This document shows positions 27,340-35,189 of a DNA stretch of 64,000 nucleotides, one piece after another. The position numbers were made by a program, and so were the translations under genes. The DNA comes from a virus. How positions within the stretch are numbered: position 1 is the stretch's first letter; every line of letters begins with the position of its first letter. The notes below the pieces were generated by a model. That model did not search any database. It saw nothing but the letters and a program-made list of their open reading frames with translations, and was not told where the DNA came from. The stretch lies in IMG/VR virus record IMGVR_UViG_3300020470_001965; one strand, given 5' to 3'.

Positions 27340-27474
27340 ATGGCTGTAGTAACATACAGAGGTGTCAAGTATGACACCAACGCTCCCAAGCAGGAGCATA
27401 AGGAATGGGCAGAGAATGTCCAGAAGACAGAGCACACCTATCGAGGTGTTGCATATAAGCCATCGGCGGCATAA
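27340..27474 (+). CDS. DUF4278-type peptide (44 aa)
   Basis: SD AGGAG; TYRGVKY...TYRGVAY repeat. Confidence 0.8.
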   Translation: MAVVTYRGVKYDTNAPKQEHKEWAENVQKTEHTYRGVAYKPSAA

Positions 27475-27480
27475 CATTTG

Positions 27481-27507
27481 GAGGGTGTGTTGACACCCTC
27501 TTTTTTT
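27481..27507 (+). terminator. Rho-independent terminator containing the -35 of a possible talC promoter
   Basis: GAGGGTGT-gttg-ACACCCTC + T7; TTGACA 27490-27495, TAAACT 27512-27517. Confidence 0.8.
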
Positions 27508-27558
27508 ATGCTAAACTGGACGCAGTAAATCTAAATACTGTAGCGTCCTTCTTTTCAT

Positions 27559-28212
27559 ATGAAAATTTTCCTAGACAGTAGTAACGTAGAAGAGATCACT
27601 GCTGCCGTGGAGACGGGGTTAGTTGATGGTGTTACTACAAACCCATCCTTAATGCTTCAGGCAGGAGAAGATCCTAATGAAGTACTCAAACAAATTACTG
27701 GACTGTTCTCATGGGATGCTTCAGTATCTGCTGAAGTCAGCGGAGAAGTAGCAGAGAACATGCTAGACATGGCAGAGGAATATCTTGCCATTCATCCAAG
27801 TATTACAATCAAAGTCCCATGTAATATAGAGGGACTCAAAGCATGTAGAGAACTATCAAACGATGAGATACCTGTTAACGTTACTCTAGTATTCTCTACC
27901 GCACAAGCAATCCTTGCTGCTAAAGCAGGTGCTGCATATGTATCACCATTTGTAGGTAGGGTCAATGATAACTCTTTCAGTGGGGTTGAGTTGATCGAAC
28001 ACATCAGTAGAACTTATAAGAAGCATGATGTTGAGACACAAATCCTTGCAGCGAGTCTCAGGGATGTGTTTGATGTGTCAAAGTGTTACGAAGTGGGTGC
28101 AGATGTGGTAACCATGCCTCCAAAGATCTTCTGGGGGATGTATAATCATATTCTAACCGAGAAAGGGTTAGCCAAATTTAACGAGGACTGGAGGAAAGTC
28201 TTAGACCGATGA
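27559..28212 (+). CDS. talC: Transaldolase (TalC/FSA family)
   Basis: IFLDS, GVTTNPSL, TIKVP, NVTLVFS, YVSPFVGR, LAASLR. Confidence 0.96.
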   Translation: MKIFLDSSNVEEITAAVETGLVDGVTTNPSLMLQAGEDPNEVLKQITGLFSWDASVSAEVSGEVAENMLDMAEEYLAIHPSITIKVPCNIEGLKACRELSNDEIPVNVTLVFSTAQAILAAKAGAAYVSPFVGRVNDNSFSGVELIEHISRTYKKHDVETQILAASLRDVFDVSKCYEVGADVVTMPPKIFWGMYNHILTEKGLAKFNEDWRKVLDR

Positions 28213-28352
28213 AATGTGAAGTACAACTCTACGTCGCAGGACAGATCATCACAGAGACTGTTCAGTGTCGCAACTACGACCATGCTAAAGAGATTGCTTT
28301 GGCAAGGAACCCTGGTACTAAAGTTATAAGTGTCACCGCTGTATTCACATGA
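28209..28352 (+). CDS. 47-aa conserved cyanophage protein
   Basis: MKCEVQLYVAG...AKEIALARNP; ATGA-coupled at both ends. Confidence 0.7.
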   Translation: MKCEVQLYVAGQIITETVQCRNYDHAKEIALARNPGTKVISVTAVFT

Positions 28353-28621
28353 CCGCACTAATCGTTTTCATGTCCTTCTTGGATTTTATATTCTACCCAA
28401 CAATCGTGGCAACTATTGTTGCTGTTATTGTTGAGCAGATTATAAGACGAGTTGGTAACGCATCAGAACAAGCAGTCTATGTTTCTATGGGGATTAGAAA
28501 GTTCCTATACAGACAAGCACTCATAGTTAACATACTATGGTTCTTAGGCTATGCTATACTCATGTTTACAGTGGGCAGGCAGGCACCTCAGGCAATGCCT
28601 GATATGATTTGGAAAGGGTAG
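28349..28621 (+). CDS. Hypothetical two-TM membrane protein
   Basis: Two hydrophobic helices. Confidence 0.65.
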   Translation: MTALIVFMSFLDFIFYPTIVATIVAVIVEQIIRRVGNASEQAVYVSMGIRKFLYRQALIVNILWFLGYAILMFTVGRQAPQAMPDMIWKG

Positions 28622-29128
28622 ATGTGGGTAGAGGAAGAACTTCATGTAGAAGAATACTTCTGCCCATTTGAGAGTGAGATAAACCCACGTTTGTATGATC
28701 TTATCGTTAAGGCACCTCAGAATACTGAACCTCCTGATAATATCAATGCAAAGATGACAGACTGGCACATAGAATGTGATCAGTTAGTTGATTGGGTAGC
28801 AGAATGTATCTACAAAGATTTCTCTGTACCTACTGGCAGTTTAAAATGCTCAGAGGTATGGGGAGTTTTATATAATGAGGGTGACTATACCACACCCCAT
28901 CAACATTCACCTAGTCTATTTTCATTTGCTTACTATGTGAATGCACCCTTTGGTTCTGCTCCATTAGTATTCTTTACTACTAACCACAAAATATATCCTG
29001 AACCAGGTATGTTAGTGGTCTTTGAGAGTAGACTCAAGCACGGTGTACCACCTAATCATTGTAAGAATAGGTGTATGGTATCAGGTAACTTTATACATGC
29101 AGGAGAGAGTGGAACCTATGGATTATAA
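28622..29128 (+). CDS. 2OG-Fe(II) oxygenase-like protein (TIGR02466-type, HxH)
   Basis: WG..Y..GD...PHQH...SFAYYV...LKHGV...R.MVSGN. Confidence 0.8.
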   Translation: MWVEEELHVEEYFCPFESEINPRLYDLIVKAPQNTEPPDNINAKMTDWHIECDQLVDWVAECIYKDFSVPTGSLKCSEVWGVLYNEGDYTTPHQHSPSLFSFAYYVNAPFGSAPLVFFTTNHKIYPEPGMLVVFESRLKHGVPPNHCKNRCMVSGNFIHAGESGTYGL

Positions 29129-30005
29129 GACTGCTGGTGTGGACATAGAAGCAGGCAATGCATTTGCAAAGTCTATTCCCATTGCTAACCATGGCTTTGG
29201 TGGTATGTTCCCAGTACCTAGTGGGTATGAGAAACCTGTCTTAGTATCTGGTGCTGATGGTGTCGGGACTAAGATAAACATAGCAAGAATTGCTGGTGAC
29301 TATACTACTATTGGTATAGACCTCGTTGCTATGTGTGTCAACGATGTGATCACTAGTGGTGCTAAACCATTATACTTTTTGGATTATGTTTCTACTAAGA
29401 AGATAGATGACAACGTTGCTGACATCATGGTTGGTATCCTTAAGGGATGTGAGATAGCAGGTATAGATCTTATAGGTGGAGAGACAGCAGAGCATTTTAG
29501 ACAGAACGAGTATGATCTCGCAGGATTTTGCACAGGTATAGTAGAACAGGCCGAACTAATAGATGGAAGACTTATAAGACCAGGTGATAAGATCATTGGA
29601 CTGTCTAGTAGTGGACTGCATAGCAATGGATATACTATTGTTAATGATGGTCTGTGGAGACATCATCTAATGTATAAAGATCAACCAGAACTTCTTACTC
29701 CAACTACAATCTATGCTTCTTTAGTTGCAGATCTATTAGAAGAGTATCCTATCGTAGGTATGGCACACATCACAGGTGGTGGACTGGTTGAGAATGTTCC
29801 ACGTATATTACCTGAAGGATTAAAGGCAGAGATTGATTATGATTCTTGGGAGAGACCAGAAATCTTTAACATCATACAAAATAATTGTGATGTGGCAGAG
29901 GAAGAGATGAGAAGAGTATTTAATCTTGGCATAGGGTATTGCCTTATCGTACCTCCTGATGTTACTATAGATACAGGTAAGGTCATAGGGGAGGTGACAG
30001 AATGA
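29118..30005 (+). CDS. purM: Phosphoribosylformylglycinamidine cyclo-ligase (AIR synthetase)
   Basis: YKTAGVDI, DGVGTK, DLVAMCVND, GGETAE, SSGLHSNG, AHITGGG. Confidence 0.96.
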   Translation: MDYKTAGVDIEAGNAFAKSIPIANHGFGGMFPVPSGYEKPVLVSGADGVGTKINIARIAGDYTTIGIDLVAMCVNDVITSGAKPLYFLDYVSTKKIDDNVADIMVGILKGCEIAGIDLIGGETAEHFRQNEYDLAGFCTGIVEQAELIDGRLIRPGDKIIGLSSSGLHSNGYTIVNDGLWRHHLMYKDQPELLTPTTIYASLVADLLEEYPIVGMAHITGGGLVENVPRILPEGLKAEIDYDSWERPEIFNIIQNNCDVAEEEMRRVFNLGIGYCLIVPPDVTIDTGKVIGEVTE

Positions 30006-30310
30006 GTGATAAACTTAAACCAGGTAGTTACATAGACACTCAAGGAATGGGTGGTCCTATGACTCCAGAAGACCTTGCTAAGTGGAAGGCATCTCCTGAG
30101 TTTAAGAAGCAGACCTATAAACCTATGGTGGTTAGACCTCGTAGGTTGTTTACACCTGAGTATGTTAAAGAGTTAAAGATCCTGTTACATGAAGTACTAG
30201 ACGAAAGAGAGGGTAAGTTTGATTACGTATCCTATTTTGACACTGAACACTTTAAGCACCCAGTGGGTGAGGAGGAACCACCTTATGCCAAGACGAATAG
30301 ATCCAAGTGA
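30002..30310 (+). CDS. Hypothetical protein, paralog of 38298-38594
   Basis: PGSYIDTQGMG...RRLFTPEYVKE...EVLDEREGK. Confidence 0.75.
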   Translation: MSDKLKPGSYIDTQGMGGPMTPEDLAKWKASPEFKKQTYKPMVVRPRRLFTPEYVKELKILLHEVLDEREGKFDYVSYFDTEHFKHPVGEEEPPYAKTNRSK

Positions 30311-30461
30311 ATACATGCTTGACGGATGGGATCGTCAAGGTGAAGTTCATTACGTGAGAGGATCACGTTACAATAAGATGATGATAACAGGTCTGTGGAT
30401 ATACTATGTGCTATTCGCAGGCATGTTCATACGTGGTCTCATACTATTCTTAAACCGATGA
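30285..30461 (+). CDS. Hypothetical membrane protein
   Basis: SD GGAGG; C-terminal TM; ATGA-coupled to purN. Confidence 0.6.
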   Translation: MPRRIDPSEYMLDGWDRQGEVHYVRGSRYNKMMITGLWIYYVLFAGMFIRGLILFLNR

Positions 30462-30979
30462 GAATAGGAGTAATGTGTTCTGGAAATGGCACTAACTTCG
30501 AGAACATAGTAAGAACCTGCAGTCAACATGAAGTTGTGTTGATGATACACAACAAGAAAGAGTGTGGTGCTATTGCTAGAGCAAATAAATTAGGTATCCC
30601 ACACTGTAGGATCGCTGCTAAGGATGAAGATCAAATGATCCAGTTGTTTCAGGCATGGAGAGTTGATCTCATAGTATTAGCAGGATATATGAGGGTGTTA
30701 TCATCTGATTTCATCAAAGCATTTCCCAACAAGATTATTAATGTGCATCCATCCCTACTACCTAAGTACAAAGGAATGAATGCCATCAAACAAGCCCTAG
30801 ATAGTGGTGACAAGAAGACTGGATGCACTGTGCACTATGTGACAGAAGAATTAGACTCTGGTGAGATCATAGATCAATCAGTAGTAAATATCTGTCCCGA
30901 TGATACATTAGAATCATTGACACAAAGGGTACAACAAGCAGAGCATCGGTTACTTCCATTAGTAATCAGTAGTTTATGA
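30458..30979 (+). CDS. purN: Phosphoribosylglycinamide formyltransferase
   Basis: SGNGTN, LAGYMR, INVHPSLLP, GCTVH, LDSG. Confidence 0.96.
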   Translation: MRIGVMCSGNGTNFENIVRTCSQHEVVLMIHNKKECGAIARANKLGIPHCRIAAKDEDQMIQLFQAWRVDLIVLAGYMRVLSSDFIKAFPNKIINVHPSLLPKYKGMNAIKQALDSGDKKTGCTVHYVTEELDSGEIIDQSVVNICPDDTLESLTQRVQQAEHRLLPLVISSL

Positions 30980-31314
30980 AACCACAAAGTGCTAAGGGAA
31001 AAGGCAGACGTTTCCAGCAGTGGGTACGTGACATGCTTATAGAACATAGAGATGTTCACCCTGAAGATATAGAATCACGTAGCATGGGTGCTGGTGGTGA
31101 GGATCTCATCATGGCAAGAGATGCTAGACAAAAGTTCCCGTTCAGTATAGAATGTAAGAACGTAGAGAAATTAAATGTGTATGAAGCATATGCACAGGCA
31201 TGTGCTAATGCAGGAGACCATGAACCCATACTGTTCATGAAAAAGAATCACAAGAAACCTCTTGCTGTTGTTGATGCTGAATGGTTTATTAAGAATGTTC
31301 ACAGTACCAATTGA
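30976..31314 (+). CDS. Hjc-like PD-(D/E)XK endonuclease / resolvase-like protein
   Basis: SAKGKGR, GEDL, SIECKN. Confidence 0.7.
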   Translation: MKPQSAKGKGRRFQQWVRDMLIEHRDVHPEDIESRSMGAGGEDLIMARDARQKFPFSIECKNVEKLNVYEAYAQACANAGDHEPILFMKKNHKKPLAVVDAEWFIKNVHSTN

Positions 31315-31870
31315 GTCTTTCAGTGTACCTAATTGGGACTACTGGAAACCAGAAATATTATCTAATCTAACTACTGGTAGCACACTGGCAGAGGTAAACT
31401 CTAGTGGTTACGGTAAGTTTGATGACATGGAGTCAGATTATTTTGACAATAATAATAGTCGAACCCTTCCAAGGTATTACGATGTCGTTACAGAGGCGTT
31501 ACAACCTGTTCTAGATGAGTTTCAGGAGTCCTATCCAAGGGACATACAGATCACAAGTATGTGGTATCAGAAAACATTTTCTGGTCAGATGCATGGAGTA
31601 CATAATCATGGTGCTTTAGGTGTGTCTGCTGCCTTCTATGTTGAGTTCGATCCACTCCTACATAAACCTACTACATTCTATGCACCATTCCATAACTTTT
31701 TTAATGGAGATATGCTATCATATACTCCAGAGGTACAGGAAGGTGACATAGTATTCTTTCCAAGTTATCTACTACATCAGCAGGATCCTAATAAGAGTTC
31801 TGTTATCAGGACAGTAGTCTCCTTTAACATTGCAGGTTATACTCCGACACCCCATGAACTACAGAGATAG
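31295..31870 (+). CDS. 2OG-Fe(II) oxygenase-like protein (TIGR02466-type)
   Basis: HGVHNHG...FFPSYLLH...RTVVSFNI. Confidence 0.8.
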   Translation: MFTVPIESFSVPNWDYWKPEILSNLTTGSTLAEVNSSGYGKFDDMESDYFDNNNSRTLPRYYDVVTEALQPVLDEFQESYPRDIQITSMWYQKTFSGQMHGVHNHGALGVSAAFYVEFDPLLHKPTTFYAPFHNFFNGDMLSYTPEVQEGDIVFFPSYLLHQQDPNKSSVIRTVVSFNIAGYTPTPHELQR

Positions 31871-32369
31871 ATATGTTACAGTCGAACTTGAGGATGATGA
31901 GTTCGCAAGGATACTTAAAGAGATAGGGGAACCTAACTATGAGCCAACAGAAATCGAAGACGTACGTCAGTCTTCTGTCGCCTTTATTGAGTCGCAACTC
32001 CTCAAAGATGTCATCCAAAGTTATTGTCAGCGGGTTAACGAAGCTGCTAAGTGGCACTTCGAGCTCGACTTTCTGGAGCCTCTACAAATTACGAAGTATG
32101 CAGAGGGAGATAGATATGATTGGCATCAAGACGAGTCAGAGTGGTGTAGAAACAAAAGAAAAGAAGAACGAATCAGAAAAGTCTCGTTCGTACTCCTTCT
32201 GAATGAAGACTTTGAGGGTGGGGAGTTTATGTTAATCAATCAAGAGATACCTTTAAAGGCAGGGACAATGATATTCTTCCACTCAGATGACTATCATCAG
32301 GTTAATGCAGTCACTAAAGGAGAACGTAGGAGTCTAGTAGGATGGATACAGGGACCACCATGGGTATAG
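31854..32369 (+). CDS. 2OG-Fe(II) oxygenase (PKHD/P4H-like)
   Basis: YDWHQD, RKVS, FEGGE, HQV..VTKGERRSLVGW.QGP. Confidence 0.9.
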   Translation: MNYRDRYVTVELEDDEFARILKEIGEPNYEPTEIEDVRQSSVAFIESQLLKDVIQSYCQRVNEAAKWHFELDFLEPLQITKYAEGDRYDWHQDESEWCRNKRKEERIRKVSFVLLLNEDFEGGEFMLINQEIPLKAGTMIFFHSDDYHQVNAVTKGERRSLVGWIQGPPWV

Positions 32370-32977
32370 ACCAGGCTATTGTTTATGATGGCATGGTTGC
32401 CAAACCTCGTACTGATTTTTTGTACACAGAGTTCATAGATCAGGAGGTAACTGATGCATTGGTAGATTTTTATCACACTCAAGATATCTTTGAGGGTGGT
32501 GAAGGACAGACTATTGATGACAATGGTGGTGGCATGGTTGATACAGACATCAAAGACTCTATGGATTATCCTATCTTTGTAGGTATCAATGACCGTAGAG
32601 TCAGAGACTTCACTGCTGAAGTCAATCGTGTCTGTCATAACTATGCTCAGAGATTTCCACTGTGTACTAAGACAAACATGTGGAAGATGGAAGAGTTCTT
32701 TAACCTTCAGTACTATAAACCTGGAGGTGGGTATCATCTATGGCATTGTGAAAGACAATCATCAAGCAGATCCAACACGTACAGACATCTGGTTTGGATG
32801 GTATACTTAAACGATGTTCCTAATGGAGGTACAGAGTTCTTTCACCAGCAACAATACATAGAAGCAGAGAAGGGAAAGTGTGCAATCTGGCCATCAGATT
32901 GGACATGGCACCACAAAGGACGCAAGTCTGAAACACATGAAAAAATCATCGCAACAGGATGGTATCACTTTATCTAA
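32360..32977 (+). CDS. 2OG-Fe(II) oxygenase
   Basis: WHCE, YLNDV..GGTEF, WP..WTWHH.G, K.IATGW. Confidence 0.9.
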   Translation: MGIDQAIVYDGMVAKPRTDFLYTEFIDQEVTDALVDFYHTQDIFEGGEGQTIDDNGGGMVDTDIKDSMDYPIFVGINDRRVRDFTAEVNRVCHNYAQRFPLCTKTNMWKMEEFFNLQYYKPGGGYHLWHCERQSSSRSNTYRHLVWMVYLNDVPNGGTEFFHQQQYIEAEKGKCAIWPSDWTWHHKGRKSETHEKIIATGWYHFI

Positions 32978-32985
32978 GGAGACTT

Positions 32986-33330
32986 ATGACATTTACACCG
33001 TATCAACAGGCAGTAGTAGCAGCAAAGAATGCAGTCATCGAAGCACTTAAGATCGATGAGAAGGAACAGACCCTTAGTGAGCTATGGAGACACTACATGG
33101 GACTACGTGCTATCGAACAACAGAATCAGCACACAGAATTGGATGACAATAAGACAGCGAATGAGAATATAACTTTTAATGTGAAGGACAACTTTGGATC
33201 TGATCCATTCACGATGGAGAATCCATACATCCCACTAGACATAGGTGACACTAACATTGCTGCTGATACAGTGACTGTAGGCACTGGTCTTCTTGGTGGT
33301 ATGGGACAGGATCACATAACATTCTCTTAA
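32986..33330 (+). CDS. Hypothetical protein
   Basis: SD AAGGAG. Confidence 0.7.
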   Translation: MTFTPYQQAVVAAKNAVIEALKIDEKEQTLSELWRHYMGLRAIEQQNQHTELDDNKTANENITFNVKDNFGSDPFTMENPYIPLDIGDTNIAADTVTVGTGLLGGMGQDHITFS

Positions 33331-33355
33331 GAATGTCAGGGATAGGTAATAATAC

Positions 33356-33385
33356 TTGACAGAAATTTTATGATTGCTATATAAT
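33356..33385 (+). promoter_or_regulatory. Sigma70-type promoter for the hli cluster
   Basis: TTGACA-18-TATAAT. Confidence 0.65.
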
Positions 33386-33413
33386 TGTGTAACGTTACTT
33401 AACATAAGTTAAC

Positions 33414-33626
33414 ATGAGTTCATCAACTGCAGGTAGGCGGTACGTAACCACTGAGGACGGAGGCAGACAGAATATGTTTGCTGCTGAGCCTCGCATAGAA
33501 GTCATCGATAATGGTGACTACTGGAAGAATGCTGAACTTCTTAACGGAAGACTAGCAATGATTGGTTTAGTTGCTGCTGTATTTAATTACACCGTCTTCG
33601 GATGGGTAATTCCAGGCATTGTATAA
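33414..33626 (+). CDS. hli: High-light-inducible protein
   Basis: AELLNGRLAMIG; TTEDGGRQNMFAAEP N-terminus. Confidence 0.95.
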   Translation: MSSSTAGRRYVTTEDGGRQNMFAAEPRIEVIDNGDYWKNAELLNGRLAMIGLVAAVFNYTVFGWVIPGIV

Positions 33627-33669
33627 GTTACAAGGTCTCTTTAAATCTAATTTCTATCCCTTAAATCAA

Positions 33670-33795
33670 ATGAAAAACGAAAACGAAAGATTATCCTTAG
33701 CAGAATTAGCTAACGGACGTTGGGCAATGATTGGAATCGTTTCTGGTCTAGGTGCCTACCTAACAACTGGTCAACTCATTCCAGGAGTATTCTAA
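33670..33795 (+). CDS. hli: High-light-inducible protein (41 aa)
   Basis: AELANGRWAMIG...TTGQLIPGVF. Confidence 0.92.
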   Translation: MKNENERLSLAELANGRWAMIGIVSGLGAYLTTGQLIPGVF

Positions 33796-33905
33796 TGGAT
33801 ACTACAAGCAACCTGGATATATTTGTACGTAGCAATGGTCGTGCTGCAATGCTCATCTTTTGGGCAGCAGTAGGAGCATATACCTACGTGAAATATTTTT
33901 CCTGA
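33795..33905 (+). CDS. hli: Divergent high-light-inducible protein (36 aa)
   Basis: FVRSNGRAAML; TAATG-coupled. Confidence 0.7.
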   Translation: MDTTSNLDIFVRSNGRAAMLIFWAAVGAYTYVKYFS

Positions 33906-33939
33906 TAAATAGTTACTCGTAACATTTCTACACAATACG

Positions 33940-34125
33940 ATGTCTGACTTAGTAGTCGAGACCAACAGTATATCACCACTAATAGCAGTCCTCTGGGTCT
34001 TTTATCCTATGGCTGCTTTAGTCTTGATAGAGTTGCTGCTCAGAGCATTCAGTGGAAACAATGACGATGACGATGATCATCAGGGAGGCAAGATGATCCC
34101 TGTAGCATTACCAACGGGGGCATGA
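33940..34125 (+). CDS. Small membrane protein with poly-Asp tail
   Basis: LWVFYPMAALVLIELL...DDDDDHQGGKMIP. Confidence 0.7.
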   Translation: MSDLVVETNSISPLIAVLWVFYPMAALVLIELLLRAFSGNNDDDDDHQGGKMIPVALPTGA

Positions 34126-34199
34126 TGTACCAGTTAATTTTCCTAGGTATGTTAATAGCATACGTTAATTTTGGTGGTCTATCCTTTGTGATGCAATGA
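34122..34199 (+). CDS. 25-aa hydrophobic microprotein
   Basis: ATGA-coupled at both ends; MMYQLIFLGMLIAYVNFGGLSFVMQ. Confidence 0.5.
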   Translation: MMYQLIFLGMLIAYVNFGGLSFVMQ

Positions 34200-34294
34200 C
34201 CATTCCAGAACAAGTATTGATAACAGTACCACACCACTTGCACGGTCTACTAGAATTTGGTATACTGGTAGCAGTTGGTGTAACCTTTGGTTAA
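34196..34294 (+). CDS. 32-aa hydrophobic microprotein
   Basis: Coupled at both ends; VPHHLHGLLEFGILVAVG. Confidence 0.5.
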   Translation: MTIPEQVLITVPHHLHGLLEFGILVAVGVTFG

Positions 34295-34935
34295 TGAAGT
34301 TAATAAGATTCACCAGCGGAGATACCTATACCTTCTTCGCACCACGGTGGGAGTATTATGTTTGTGAGACAGAAGTAGACTTTGATTTATCCATGCTGAA
34401 GAATGAAATCTTCTGGCAGGAGCATAGAATCATTGAGCACTATCCATTTGAGGATGATTGGGGTACCAAGTTGGGACCTAATAGTCTTACCTCTAGGTCT
34501 AACAAGTATAACTTATTAACATGGTCAGATGCCAAACCTCTCGGTGCATTCATCCGACACACGCATGATTCACTGATACACGAATTAAATCTTCCACCTA
34601 CCAAGATATATGCTCAATGCTGGGCTAATGTCATGCGTAAGGGTGAGAAGATGGCAATGCATTCCCACGGGAGAGACCCTTGGTCTTATCTCAGTGGGCA
34701 TCTTTGTGTACAGGTGAAGGATACTAATACATATTATCAGAACCCTTATGGTGGAGACCCATACGCTTCTGCCAACTCAGTAGGTAAGATGACACTCTTC
34801 CCTAGTTTCCTACCCCACTACACAGATGAGGTGGACACTGGAGAAAGGGTCACAGTGGCCTTTGACATCAGGACAGAAGAGGGTTATTATAAGGACATCA
34901 AAGACAACATGAAGGAGCACTGGGTCAGACTATGA
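34294..34935 (+). CDS. 2OG-Fe(II) oxygenase-like protein (TIGR02466-type)
   Basis: WANVM, HSHG, YLSG, LFPSFLPHYTD, R.TVAFDI. Confidence 0.8.
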   Translation: MKLIRFTSGDTYTFFAPRWEYYVCETEVDFDLSMLKNEIFWQEHRIIEHYPFEDDWGTKLGPNSLTSRSNKYNLLTWSDAKPLGAFIRHTHDSLIHELNLPPTKIYAQCWANVMRKGEKMAMHSHGRDPWSYLSGHLCVQVKDTNTYYQNPYGGDPYASANSVGKMTLFPSFLPHYTDEVDTGERVTVAFDIRTEEGYYKDIKDNMKEHWVRL

Positions 34936-35189
34936 TTGAGGAATTCAGACTAGATGATGGCAAACTTGAAGAAAGAAAGCTGTGCTTGACAGCATGCATC
35001 AGTAATGGATACCCTATTCAGAGAGGAACCTATGAATTCTGTCATGATTTTGTAATGAATAATAAATTTGAGGGTTATGTCCCCACTGATACCAATGATT
35101 TAGCTGATAAAGTTAATGATTTTAATGGTGATTACTTTGCTTTAGCATGTGCTAGAGTGAAACAGGTATGGGAGGAGCGTCGTCGATGA
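34932..35189 (+). CDS. Hypothetical protein
   Basis: Coupled ORF. Confidence 0.6.
   Translation: MIEEFRLDDGKLEERKLCLTACISNGYPIQRGTYEFCHDFVMNNKFEGYVPTDTNDLADKVNDFNGDYFALACARVKQVWEERRR

Noticed and set aside
32297-32737. 146-aa antisense ORF
   Set aside because: Overlaps two oxygenase genes with intact catalytic motifs.
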